DNA of 54,122 bases, counting the filler, from Bipalium vagum (taxonomy: Eukaryota): assembly GCA_037834085.1 (NCBI GenBank). It is 3 parts of 3 records of this genome, joined end to end, with 100 filler letters (N's around TTAATTAATTAA, not from the genome) between each part and the next. Parts side by side here need not be neighbours in the genome. Positions count along the whole stretch, not along the records: positions 1 to 20,205 come from JBBMKC010258116.1; positions 20,306 to 38,437 come from JBBMKC010039782.1; 1 more part is not named here. One strand, written 5' to 3'. The notes beneath the pieces were generated by a model, which was not told the DNA's origin, ran no database searches, and worked only from the letters and a program-made list of their open reading frames with translations. A program made the position numbers and the translations under genes. Positions 12,791 to 26,800 of the stretch are shown here, piece by piece (position 1 is the stretch's first letter; the number at the start of each line of letters is the position of its first letter).

Positions 12791-13630
12791 TTTTCAAACC
12801 GCTCTTTATATCGGATGTCCTTGTCAAAGAGAAACTTGATTTCCAATTCAACAACCTGATATTAGTTTTGTTGATTTTGAGATTATAAAAAGCAAAATAA
12901 ATGACGTCACTTTTAACAGTCTCACTCAACAGTTGAAAATAAATGCAAAATGTTTTACAATTATTTATTTATATTTGTTATCACATTTGCTAGAAATATT
13001 TCGTTTAACTTTTCATTTTCTCCTTAATTTAGGAAATCATTCAATTCAGAAACGACTTTTCACTAAGCCAGAAATCAATTATTTTTTCAATTATTTTTTC
13101 CATTTGTGAGAAAAATAAATAAAAATTACAGGATGACATCCACACAATTTTGAAATTACAATGTTCTCATGTTTACTGAGAAGAAACATTTTGTTTTTAT
13201 CAACTCAAACAGTTTTACTTTTAAAAATTAAATTTCAGAATGTTTTTAGGAAATTTGAAAATTATATCCATCCCCTTTTGAACCGGGGAAAAATAAATAA
13301 ATAAACTTTTAAATATAGCTGATGATGTAAATGAAGAGATTTGTTTTATAATCAACAAGTATTTTTGATTTTTCATATTGCTCACACAGAACATAATAAT
13401 GAAACCCTTCAACTTAGACCGACTGTACTTTGTTTTAGTCAATAAAACAAAATATTGTCAATTTTAATATTGGAAATTCAAAATAAGCAAACGCGTTCTT
13501 TGTGAATTCGGAACGTCATTTCTTTATATAAAGATTAATTTATTCTATTGTACTTATTATATTATAATAGTATATAATTTTCTATAATATAATATAATAT
13601 TATTTTATTTTATATTTTATTATATAGTAT

Positions 13631-13640
13631 NNNNNNNNNN
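13631..13640. other. Assembly gap (10 N) in low-complexity ATT sequence
   Basis: N run. Confidence 0.99.
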
Positions 13641-14189
13641 TTATTATTATTATTATTATTATTATTGTTAATATTAATATTATTATTATTGTTAATCTTT
13701 TTATTATTTTTATTATGAGGAGGCTAATCAGATCTAGGGAATTTTTTAATTACACTGTGCACCAAAATTATCCCCCCACTTGATAATTATTAAAAAAAAA
13801 TTAAAGTTATAATGAATAATTATTAATCAAGATATTTCGTAGTATATATAAAGGATAAATCAATTATATATTTATTTATTTTCAATTTTATTATCAGTTT
13901 TAGCATTAGTTTTATTTTAGAATAAAATGACTGATTATTTTACTTTATATTATATTATTTTATTTTACTATTTTATATTATTTTATTTTATTATTATATT
14001 ATATATTATATTATATTACATTACATTGCATTGCATTACTTATCTGAATCTAAAGTTATCAGAAAAAAATATATATTTGTTGTTGCACTTTTATAATTGT
14101 TTTTGTACGAAATTGAATTTTTGAATAATATTGCCTAATGACCAAGATCTGTGTTGAATTTTGGCATGGAAAATGTTAGTTACAAGTGA

Positions 14190-14760
14190 CGTCATTAGTC
14201 AAGAATTAAAATGATAACACAAACATATCTCATTTATCTAAAGCCTACAATATTCTAAAAAATATTCCTTCATTTGAGATTGTCCAAGCAAGGCGGTTGT
14301 GAAAGAATTCCTAAAACAGGTATTAAGTAGCTTACAACAATGGTGACAATTGCTTTATGTACCCTATAGCACCTGGTATATCAAAATCTCCACCATGTTT
14401 TCGTTTTAAAGCTTGGATGACATCTGAAGTGCTTAAAAACTCATTTTAGGTTTCAATACTCAAATGGGTTATCAGAAAAGAAAGGTTTCATTTTTGTTAG
14501 TCAGAATCACATTTCATAAATCAATTACTTTCTCAAATATTGAAATTCATTTTTTACTAAAACTTTATACGAGAATATTACACCGATGGATGATGGTATA
14601 ATTAATAGCTTCAAGACCCATAACGAAATCGGTTTTTACAAAACCTCATTCAAAAAAGAGAAAATAATATTGATTGTACAACCGAAATCAAAAGTATTGA
14701 TCTCATATAGAACTGAAAAGAAAAGTTCGAAATATGTCTCAAGAAAATAATTGTTTGAAT
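14190..14760 (+). mobile_element. pogo/Tigger-like (DDE_1) transposase remnant
   Basis: Translatable motifs KAWMTSE and PMDDGIINSFKT (QPMDQGII..FK-like). Confidence 0.7.
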
Positions 14761-15184
14761 AGATTCTTGGTAAATTTGATTAAATTCGTTTATTGGAAAA
14801 ATAAATTGATTCAGTTCACAAGATTAAGATCAATCAATATAATAAAATAAATAAGAATATATTTTGATTTTGTTTTGAATTAAATTAAATTTGAAGACAA
14901 ATTTTAAATTAAAATAATTAAATAAAATATTTAAATAAATTAAAGCTTGATTAAATCAAAAATGCATAAACCAGGATTTGCTAAAATAAATAATATTTTT
15001 GGATAATAATATTTATTTCACTGGAATTCTCCTTCGGTCAATTATAAATGTATACTTTTAAATAAAAAATTATTTTTATGAATATAAATATAAAATAAAC
15101 TGTTAATATAATTTAGTGGTATTATAATATTTGGTGAAAACTCAAAATTTGTGTAAAAACCGTGTTTGAATTAAAAATATAAAT

Positions 15185-15572
15185 AAAAACGGCAGGGTGA
15201 AGCTAAAAGTCATTGGGAAAGGCATGTTTCAAAACCGATAAAAGAAAAGATTGATGAATTTGGTTGGGATGTCTTACCTGACTCGCAGTATTCATCAGAC
15301 ATTATTATTACTTGTTTAAATCGATGACACATTGTCTTTCTAAACAGCACTTCCACATTTTTAAAAGGATGTCAAAAATTGGACTGATGAATGGAACGTA
15401 TTAAAACAAGAAAAGTTTTATTTTGACGGTATTCACAAACTACCACACAAAAATGGACCAAGGTTACAGATAGCAACCGAAATTACTTTGAATAACAAAG
15501 TTTGTTTAGTTTTGTTTAAATAAAAGTTTTTGCACGCTTAAAATATCGTCATTTTCAACTTGTACCACCAAT
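15185..15572 (+). mobile_element. Mariner 3' remnant
   Basis: FGWDVLPDSQYSSDI..YLFKSMTHCL..QHF, then DGIHKLP/KWTKVTDSNRNYFE*, followed by a TIR-like end. Confidence 0.8.
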
Positions 15573-18059
15573 AAATAAAAAGCACTTAAATTTATTCACA
15601 TTTTTATTTTTTTTTGACTGACGAAAAAAGAAAAATCCTTTATTTTTACTTTCCACATGAATAATCTCAGAAAAGTAAAGTACTCAATGCGAATTAGTTC
15701 TGCCCAACTCAATCTTGAACTTTGTTAGTAACAATTTGATAGTGTAAGTAAAATATAATTTTCTGTTACATTTTTTCGATAAGAAAAGAAGAAAAAACCA
15801 ATTACTTCTAATCCTGTTTTGTCTGAAATTCCTTTTTTCATTAAATGAACGAGCCGATTTCAATTCTAATTTAATTATTTTATTAATTTTTAATTATTTC
15901 TGTATAAAAAATGACTTTTCAAGAGGAATATCTCATGGGGCGTATCAAATCTTTTGATTTTTGATCCAATGGTAGTTCCTGAATGTTAAGATGACATCAG
16001 ACTAATAATATTTTTATTCTTTTACTCACTATTTATAAGCATTATTGAACCTAAAATTAAAACGAAAACAACAAAAATCTTGTTCATTTTATTATAAAAA
16101 TTTATGGAACTTTTCTTTTATTTATTTATTATTTTATCGACCAATAGGAATTCGCGTTATTTTATTATCGAATAAAATTTTTATAAATTTTCTGGGATAA
16201 TTGATTGGCGGTTTAGGGTGTGCCTATGGTCATTGAAAGTTAATTTATGAAAATAGGTTGAATGAAAATACTTGGTAAAGTGAATATTTGATAAAACGAT
16301 TTCTTTGGACACAATGACAAATGTAAATTACCATAACCATTAAAGAAATATTTGTAAAAATCAGAATGTTCTACAAAGTTTGACAGGTCATTTTTAAATT
16401 TGGCTAAGCACTTTTTAAAATTAGACATTCATTTTTCAAAATTGATTTTTTTAATCAATTTTTAAAATAGACATTTCATTTTTAATTATTTAAGATACAT
16501 TTTTCACAATACAAAGTATATTAAGTATAAGCTTTTTATGTATTTACATGGCAATTGTATCATTGTTTACAGATGACTGTTCTAAACGAAACACGGATTA
16601 TTTGAAACAAATTCCATTGCGAAAAACTGCGAATTTCTGTCAATTTATTAAGAACAATTCTAGATATAATTTCAGGGAAAAATATTTTAAACTTATTCCA
16701 AATTATACAAATCATTTTATTCATCAAGATGTTATTCGAAAGGAAAATTTCGATATCCTTCAAAAAATATATCAAATCTATAATGGGAATTTTGAAAGAA
16801 ATTATGTGAATGATTGTGAAGTTTTGGGGAAAAATAGAATAATCTTTGGTATCGATTAGACTTGTCAATAATGATTAGACTCGTAAAAATTATGATAATA
16901 AATCAGGGCCTCTAGGCAGTTGATGGAATCATAGAAAGATCAAGGTAGTGGAACTCATCTTCAGAAACCATAATCATGTAAGTCCATTTGTTTTAATCAG
17001 TCAAATGTCAATAGGGAATCAGAACAACTACAGGAAAAAACCTACAAATAGTGTTGAATTCTGGGTTTCCAGTAGAATGTGAATCACATATTGTGAAAGA
17101 AAACGTGAAAGACCTGTAATCGTTAATTATTGAATACTAATATTTAGACGCTGATGGTGAATCTATGTTAAATCGGCTGATTTTGTAGTAATTGATAATC
17201 ATGCCTCCAAAAAAGTGACAGTGAACATTTTTTACACCTAGATGGAAATTCAAACGATGAGATTACCTTTGAAAAAGAAATTAAAATGCCAAGTTCAGAT
17301 GAACTAATTTTATCTTTCAAAATGGTAAAGGTTTACCCAGCATTAAAGGGCGACTACCATATGTTGGATACTTCTGAATAATGACATCAAATCAACGGTC
17401 AACTAAACTGGAGGACTTCTTTGTTCGTAAATAATTACTTAATTGATTATTCTGATTTCTCGATTTTTAAAAAATTTTTTTATTTAATGAAATAAGTAAT
17501 GAAAAGTGTTGTGTAACTGTCTATCCCTAAAATTCACCAAGGTTGGAAAACCAAAATTTTTTGGGCCCTTCCAATTCTGGCATTGACAGATTTTACTGTA
17601 CTATAAATTTTAGTAAAATTTTTAGAAGTATTCATATGAATATTTATAATAAATAACTTTAAAAATTTGTTAGGAAAATGGAGAAAAATATCTAGAAATG
17701 AATTTTTAAAAGAAAATTTATAAAAAATTCATGAAAGTTATGGAAAAAATTTGGAGTCGAATAGGGAGCGAAAATAAATTATAAAAATCAAATGAAATTT
17801 TCGATGAAAATGCTTTTAACCAGAACAAATATAAGTACCTATAATCACTAAAAAGGGAGTTTTCAGAGATTTACTATAATGCTGTTTGATTAATGAACAA
17901 CGAAAGACGAAACTTAGAACCTTTATAGTCGATTATACATTGTGTTTATTATGTATGTTAACATACTTTATTTTGAAATTACAAGTTACAAAAATAAAGG
18001 TATTACTAATTTGTTTATATGGATTAAAAGTTAAATAATCGATTTAGTTAATTTTAAAA

Positions 18060-18580
18060 TAAAATGGTTCTGCGTTTTTCAATGGAAGAAAGAATTCAAA
18101 TCGTTATATGGAACTCCAAATTTGATAATTTAGAAAAAGTATTAGACATTGGAAAAAGAAGTTTATCACTCCACCACCAAGTAGACAAACAACTAGAAAA
18201 ATAGTGGAAAAGTTTAAGAAGACTGGAAGTCTTCATGACCAAGTAAAATCCGACTGACCTCGTTCCGTATTAACAACGAAAACAAATCAAAGAGTGAAAA
18301 AATTGGTTGAAGAATCTAGCAATTTTCCAGTTCGGCAGGGGGCTAGGGAACTTGACATGACTGTAAGCAGTTATTACAAGGCAATTAATGAAGCAGGCTT
18401 TCATTCATTTAAGCCGTCAACCATAATTGAGATCAGCAATGACGACTTTGACCGAAGAATAGAATTTTTTTAGACAATGTTGGTACAATTCCAAAATGAT
18501 TCTTCCTTGGTCAACAAGATAATATGGTCAGACGAGTAAGTTCATGCTCAATGGAGTTGTTAACCGCCACAATTGCATAT
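18060..18580 (+). mobile_element. rosa/DD41D-like transposase 5' remnant
   Basis: FSMEERIQIV, IVEKFKKTGSL.D..KSD.PRS, KIIWSDE, FMLNGVVNRHNC. Confidence 0.75.
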
Positions 18581-20205
18581 TTTTCCATAATTGAATTAAT
18601 TTCTGCTTTTTAAAATCCTAATGCCCTGAGTATTTGGTAGATTCATAGTATCCACGACCTTCCGGTTCCGATTTTAAATGTTCAGATATGATAGTATCAT
18701 GTTCTTCCGAGCTCTGATTTGGCTTTGTTCAATAAAGTTTGACATTTCTGTTTATTTTTTTGTCATTACTCTTGATATCATATGATCGTCCTTGTTAGTT
18801 GGAAAAGTTGAATGTTTCGATTGAGACTTTTTTGTTTGTGCAATGAGTTTTACTGTGAACACGACTTTCCTAAATCATTGCATCCATCCGAAACTATAAC
18901 TACCCTATCTTCCTAGACTTATTACAGATTCCTTCTCTAAATAATACACAATAACATGAATTATATAATATAGTAAATGAATATAAACATTATATGGGCT
19001 GATGCACCATTAATATTGAATTGATTTGTTGATTTATTGTGAAAATGAGTGCTTATTTTATTAGTCTTCGTGTTTAATCTATTAGTACAAAATATGTTTT
19101 CAACCAACAACCAAGAACAAGAATTCGTGAAACAAAAGATGATGATTATATTTTTGTTGTTCGCTAAAATTTTCTGCCAGATTATCATTCGTAGACAGAA
19201 TGTGTGGCATAACTTCTGTCATGGTTGGCGGCAAGTTTTTATGATGCATTGGTCCATAATTTTTTACTATTAAATAATTAGTTGTTATTTTTTATTATGA
19301 CGGTTAATTAATTTTTTTGATAAATTAAATAGTTTTAATTTTTAATTAATAATAATTTTTAGTAAATAAAAATTTGATCAAATGAAAAAATTGGTATTTA
19401 AAATGAATCAATAAAAAATGTTTAGGTCATAAATGGTCAATTAAAAAGAATGGTCCCATGATTTTTTTGGAAAACAATTCTCTGTTTTCTGTTTCTTCGG
19501 CGAATTCAGTCGTCAGTTTTGTCTTTAACTATTTTCAACCGATATATTATGGACCATGGTCAACGATAAGCTTTATTTACGTAACTAATCAAAGAATAGT
19601 ATATTGTGTAATGAAACCTAAATGATAACATTAATTGACTGATTTCGTTAGATGAAAGATATGACATATATAATATTTTCTGGCCAAAAGACACTTAATT
19701 TTGATATCACATTTACGTTGATACCAAAAAAGAATATTAATATTATTTCTTGAATCAATACTTCAAACAAACACTTATCGATTATTCAGAAGTAATTGAA
19801 GATGATTGATTGTGGAAATACCATAAAAAGGTGAAATTGATTTTATTTATTAAATAAGAATAAAATATAAAAATGACAACCTTTAAATTTTCTTAAAAGA
19901 GATACAATTTACCTTTACGTATCTGGTGTGTAAAAAATTGTGAAATTAACCAATCAGAATTGATCTACTGTTTAATTACATTTGTTAAGTTTTTAAAAAT
20001 GTATATGAAATAATAATTTAATACCGTCTATTCTATAATTAAAGCCCGGACTTGTATTAGGAGATGGATGAAATAGAATCCACTCTGGCTTCTAATATAG
20101 GAAGTGCTTTAATTATGGAGAAGATACCAGTTATGTTATTTATTATTGATTTGTTTAAATAAATACTTTTTCACCTTCACGTGTTATATTTTATACTGTT
20201 ATGAA

Positions 20206-20305
20206 NNNNNNNNNNNNNNNNNNNNNNNNNNNNNNNNNNNNNNNNNNNNTTAATTAATTAANNNNNNNNNNNNNNNNNNNNNNNNNNNNNNNNNNNNNNN
20301 NNNNN
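20206..20305. other. Artificial 100-nt contig spacer N44-TTAATTAATTAA-N44
   Basis: Six-frame stop 12-mer at 20250-20261 between two 44-N runs; identical structure at 38438-38537. Confidence 0.97.
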
Positions 20306-20617
20306 TCATAATAATAATCATAATAATAATCATAATAATAGTCATAATAATAATCATAATACTAATCATAAAATTAACAATTCAATAATTTCTCAAAATA
20401 GACATGCCATCATATTTTTATCCTATTCTAACGCATTTACGATAGCATCTGCACAGAAGCATTCTGATACTTTCTTATCAAAAATAATTCTCCGACAGAA
20501 ACAAATAAGATTTCTACTTTATTCACTGATGAATTTTCCAAATAATAATAATAAATAAAAAAAGAAATATATCAATTGATTCTCGTTTCAGCTAAACAAT
20601 TATTTTTTGTGTTTGTT

Positions 20618-20842
20618 ATGATTCTCGCTGGTTCGTGGAAGCTCATTTTGATTATTGTAGCAACGGTTGCTTTTACTATTGGAATTTTCCTGGCAATTTT
20701 GTATTGTTTTATTCAACGGAAAAAGAAAATCCGAAAAGAAGCCGAGAGACTGTTGAACGAAAAATCCAGTCTCGTGTTTCCCAAATATGGAATTGGACAA
20801 ATCCAACAGACGTTCGAAGAAATACGACATAGCATGATTGAG
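20618..20842 (+). CDS. Synaptotagmin-like, TM exon
   Basis: Acceptor TTTCAG ends at 20591; first ATG 20618; MILAGSWKLILIIVATVAFTIGIFLAILYCFIQRKKKIRK; donor GAG|GTTAGT. Confidence 0.85.
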
Positions 20843-23800
20843 GTTAGTTTTGTTTGTTCTGTTAAATGTAACATAATTAGAAGTGATTTTCAAGAAGAAT
20901 GGAGTTGAAAAAATCCGATTTTTATTTTATTTTCTCATTATTGACAATTGTTAAATAAATCATTATAATGATTAAAATTTTCAAGTAACAGATATTATAT
21001 AAGTATATAAATTTATATATAATAGTCTAAGGGTTAAATACTGTTGGGATTTTCAAATTAAAATAATAAAAGGGAAAATTAAATGAAAAAAATACAGGGT
21101 TTGACAGGTTATTTTTTAAATACACCACTGATTTGTTTATTGAAGCTAGAAGCAAGCAATACAGGATATTTCTACCAACCTTATAGTCACATCAACCATA
21201 GATAATTTCAAGGTATTTTGGAAGGAATGGAAACAAATTTCCGAATACAGTCCTCATTTGTTATTTGGTGGCAACTCGATGTGGCAATTCCGGTTCGTTG
21301 TTTGGTCGACTAGCACAAATTACATTCTTCCATTAATAGGAGAAATTTTCAAAGGGGTTTAAGAAGGGAGATAAGGGGAAAGAAATATTAGCCAGTAATT
21401 TGAGTGATGTTTGTCATGAATTCTGTAATCAGTCATTTTGGAGAGTCTAAATCATTCTTCGCATGACTTATCACTAGAGACCGGAATTTTATGTGCAAGA
21501 AATTCGTTACTTTTATTTTTGAAAGTCAAGCATTTTCCAAAATAAGTTTGTTCAAACAATTTTCAGTAAAAATACATATTTAGCTTGAGAGCATCTAGTC
21601 TTTTTTATTTCTCAATTGATAATAACAATAATAGAATAATGTCATTGACTCTTAAGAATAACATTATTGATTCTTTTAAATGTTCATTTTTCAGTACATA
21701 TTGTGGTAATCGACATACATGAAATGAAATTATAGAAAAAAATAATTATATTACAATTATAATATTGTTAGATTCCTCTCAGCTCAAAGTCTGGATAAAA
21801 AATATAATAATATTTAACGAGAATAACAAATAAAATGTTAAAAAATAAATAATCAGAGATAACCCTTATTAGCAAATTCTTCAGAAGAAAAATAGTCTTG
21901 AGTCCTAAACTAGACTAGAAGCCTGTATGAAAAGATTACGGAAAAGTATGAGCAGACTATTTACAGTTTTACTTTTGCGACGAGATTGTCGTGTAAATCC
22001 AGAAATAAGATGATTAATTAATAATTAATTAACTGCAGTGCATTTGCAAAGATTATTGATGTCCCCGATTTACTACTATTTTTTCGACAGATTTTTGTGA
22101 TAGAATATAAATGGAGAATTGGTCTGGTAACAAGTAGTTTTTATACTTAGTTTTCATCCCAATTCTATTGAGTCGTTAGATCAGACAAAGTCTGCTTTAT
22201 CACAATTTTGATTCAGACAAAAAGACACAGTAACTATTGCCTTGTCTGAATCACCAGTTTTCATGTCAGTCTGTAATATAACAAAGACACACGTGACTGT
22301 CACAAAGAACGTGTGACCAAATATGAATTTTTAGTAAAGCGTTGTCTTTATTAATTTATAATTTTATTTTATATTATTTTATATAATTAACTTTTAATAA
22401 AATAATTTTCCTTTTTATTTAATTCTAGGTTAATACAATGTAAATTTAAAAACATCGTTGCTACCAAATTTCAACAAAAAATGTCTGTTTCCATTTTGAA
22501 TCCTATCAATATTATTATATTTTAATAAAATTTAATTATAAAATTGATAAGATTTTATGGATTAAATTAAAAATGGAACAATTTTTGAAAATTTATAGAA
22601 TATATTTTTATACAATAAATTTCCAATTAAATATTTAAAGTATTCTGTTTAAAAGGTTTCACTTAACATAACAAAACTATAACAAAATAAAACCTATTAA
22701 AGGTTACAAGAAAATTTTAGACAACAGTCAAAGTCGACCAATTTGAGACCTTTGTCAAGACTTCGCAAAACTTGGAAAAATATTAGTGATCAAATCTAAA
22801 GGTTTTTCGACATTCGTCGAGAAAAAAGACTGTAGAAATAAGCATTTTTTAGTTTTGTATGAGACATTTTGTCAACAATTAAATGATTTTTAAGTTTTAA
22901 AAGAACGGCCAATGAAGGCCAATCATCGAATAAGTCTTTTCATTATTTTTTTATTCATTAGTTGAAATTAAAAAAAATTCATATATTCTAATATCAAATC
23001 AAATTAATTTAATTACAAATAATCAACAAATTAAAGAAAATTTTAATTTTCTTATCTTACATTTTCATTTTGACAAGTATTTATTTAATTAATTATTTTG
23101 AAAGCTCCATATATATGTTAGTTGGAAATTATTCAGAAATACCGGGATTCGAACCGGGACCCATCACATGCGCATGGACTGCTCTGACCGCTGAGCTACG
23201 TCATGATCATGACTTACCTCTTCTGCCATGTCCAGCAATCAGTCCCGATGCTAACCCCATCAAAAATATGTGAGGGTGCATGAAACACAAGCTTAATCAT
23301 ATGCTCATAAAGTCAACTATATCTGACGCCCTTTTCAGCAAGTGTCAGGATTTGTGGACAAGTATCATCGGAGAAGAGAATTACCGGTACAGCCTTGTAG
23401 ATTCTATGGAATGAAGGCTTTCCACAATAATCGATGCAGCTGGAGCATATACCAAATATTAACAATATATTGTTTTTTTGTATACAAATATTAGATACAT
23501 ATAATATAAATGTAATTTTTTTACTGGATAATTTAATGTATCAGATTGTATATATAATATATTATATATTATGATTGTTCAACACATTTTTATTAATTTT
23601 TGTGGGAATTATTTTATTACATTCGATTTTTTCAAAGTTAATCAATAATAACGTTAATTGTCCAATATTCGCATAAAAATTAAAGTAATAATAAAACATT
23701 ACTATTCAAAACTTTTCAAAGTGACATTAATAATTTTCGACCCCTTGATCTAATTAGATTTATACTGTTGAGAAATCATATTTAAAATCAAATAAATATA

Positions 23801-26800
23801 TAAAAAAATCTTTAAAGATTTAAAAGAAATAATATTTAAAATAGTGTAAAAATTAAAAAATATATCAATAAGTCTTAAATTCCATTTTAAAATTAATTAG
23901 TCTTTCATTGTGTCAGTTGAGCTAATTTTGCGAAATGAGAGTTGAATTTTAATGAAGATGAGAGTGGAAAAAAAGATTTATAAAAATAATAATGCACAAC
24001 TAATCCCCTTTTATTTATTTAATTCGACAATTAGAAATATTCACATTTATACGTGTACCATATTTCTAATTTTAATAAAGTATTCTGTCTGAAAAATTAT
24101 TTTAAGAATTGTTTTGACTCTGAGAAACCTACTTCGAGTAGCTGAGGACATCCAGAATAGATCGTTTCCGTTTATTAAGTAAACATAAGGTTTTTTATGT
24201 TGAGGTTTATCATCCAGAATGAATTTTGTTTGAAGATTGATCCTTATGACATACTTAAGATCATATCTTATAAGAAATTCAAGATGTTTAATAATATTAT
24301 GAAAATGCTTTTGTTTTTAATAATAAAAAATTATAATAAATAAATAATATAATTAAAATGAAATAGGAATTTATAATTTTATGTGTTACCATGGTTGCAC
24401 CTTTTTTTGCAAAACTAAAGTTTCTTTAAAGTTGTTTTGAATATTAATAAAATCCGAGTTTCAAGAATGTATGAGCCACTAAGCCCTAACATAAGTCTGA
24501 GTAAGCTAAAACTGATTCCTTCTATTTTGTCTTCCAACAAGTTGTTTTAATTTTGGTGATTAAATCTATTAATGATGTCTTCAACGTTCTCTTTTTAAAT
24601 ATTCTCCTTCAATATTTAGAGGAGTCCTGGCAATCTTTGAGACTTTAAATTATAAAAAATGAAGTCTGAGAAAAAATAATTTATGGAAAAATTTACTTCT
24701 CGGTGCAAAAATAATGAATGATTTTTAGCAATTACTTAAAAAGCCAATTACACAAATTCAACAACTCAAACAAAACTTTAATCAAAATATAATAATTTGA
24801 AATCATAACTTTTCTGCCAATAGAAAATAGGTATATTTATTCCAGCTGTATAAAATTACGGACTCTCTTCCCAAGCATAAATATATTCAGTTTCTTGAAA
24901 AACTGAAAATCGGTTTGCTCCATGAACATATATGGTGTGAGATATACCGCTGGTTCTTGCTGTCAAATCTTATCGTGTATTGCATCTATTTTTTCAACAT
25001 ATCTCTTGACATTAATGGTCTCTCCAAAATTCAGAAAATTGTGATGAACTTGACCTATGGGTGACTACCAAACGGTCACAATAATTTTTTCGTGTGCGAC
25101 AATGGTTTGGAAATTAATAAAGATATATCTTACCATTGAGAAGACTGTCATTGATTATAATAAAGTGTTTCATTTCTCATTATCAGGAAACAAAATGTTT
25201 CTAACGCGAGAAAACTTGAGATCTCAAAATGGCGATTTCTTTGACATTTGATCAAATCGTTTTGTATATTTGATCAACTTCGTAACTCTTCCAATTTTAT
25301 TCCGACATTGCATAACTGTGGTACACGTTGATGTTTCAAAAAATGTTTTCTGAATGACTGCACTGATTTAATGATTGCTCACGATTCACAGTTTGATGAA
25401 AATTTTATGGATTGATATCCTGAAAATAAATTCGTTTTAAATAATAATTCGTACGTTTCAAGACTGACGAGACTGATTATTTAAAAATGAGCGATGAATG
25501 AACGGTTTTTATTTCTTTTTCTTTTTTTAAAAAACTACTCAAATAATTTCACATCCCTCCTTTTTTCCAAAAATGTCTGGATCAAAAATAAGGGGAATTG
25601 TTTGAGATTTTTAGAGTATTTTATAGGTAATTATGATTTTATTAAAACCTTAACTAAATGTCACCAACCGTAAATGACTCAAATAAAATTCTGTTATAAA
25701 TCATTATTTTTTGGTTCATCTTCACTTTATTCATATTAGTATGAGATTCGGTTATTTTTACATGTCAAGGGTTATTTGACCAAAGGATCCTAGTAAAAGG
25801 ACTCAAACTTCCGGTTTAATTATTTATATTAAAGTTTAAGACTGGTACCAGATCATATATTTCAAAGTTACTTTTCTTTAGTGAACATGTGTTTTCATAA
25901 TTTTTTATAATATAAATAATTAAATATAAATAAAAAATTGTTTGTGAAATTAGGATCCGAAAAATAAAATTATTATTTATTAATAATAAATATTATAATA
26001 ACAAATAATAATATAATCAATAGAAATAAATAAATAAAATTATATTGTCGTAAAAATTAAATATTAACTTTTATAACTTTATTTTCAATGAGGTATTTTT
26101 ATTAGTTAACTTATAATGTGACACAAAATTAATAATAATAATAGTAATAATAATTGTATATTTATTTTGATATTAACAATACTAAGTCTATGCTTCGCAC
26201 GTGAGAAATAAAAACTAAAAATAGTATTTTGGAAAAAAGAATGAAACCTTAATAAACTCAGTGGTCGGTTACTGCTTAACATAAATCATTTATGTGTGAT
26301 AACTTTCATTTCTTTGATATCAACAATAGTTTCTATTGGTTTTGCGTCTATAAATAGACTAATCTTTTTATAAGAGCAGAAAAACTAATGGAAATTGTTG
26401 TTTATCGAACTGGCCTGATTAACATTTATATTTAAAGAATAAAATAATATATATTTTTAGAAATTTCAGAGAAAATAATTTTCAATATGCATCCACTCCA
26501 CTCTGTCGAGAGTGTAGGCAAACATGTTTCTGTAATTATAAAACACTTATTGAGCCAATATGAGCTTAGCTTAGATGTAAACTGTAATATAAATATTTAT
26601 ATATTATTTATATTGTATATATACATATTTATATGTTAAATATTTTTTTATGACAGTTGATTTAAAAGGTGAGTTGCTTGTAAATTAGGTAGCACTATGG
26701 CTATATAATTTTTATTTAATAAATTATTTTTTATGAAAATAATCTGAATATTAATTTTCCACTAATAATACATTTACTTTTGCCTTCATTTTGTGAATTA

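Noticed and set aside
13927-14124. Hydrophobic 65-aa ORF
   Set aside because: Product of (TATAT/TATTT)n low-complexity sequence.
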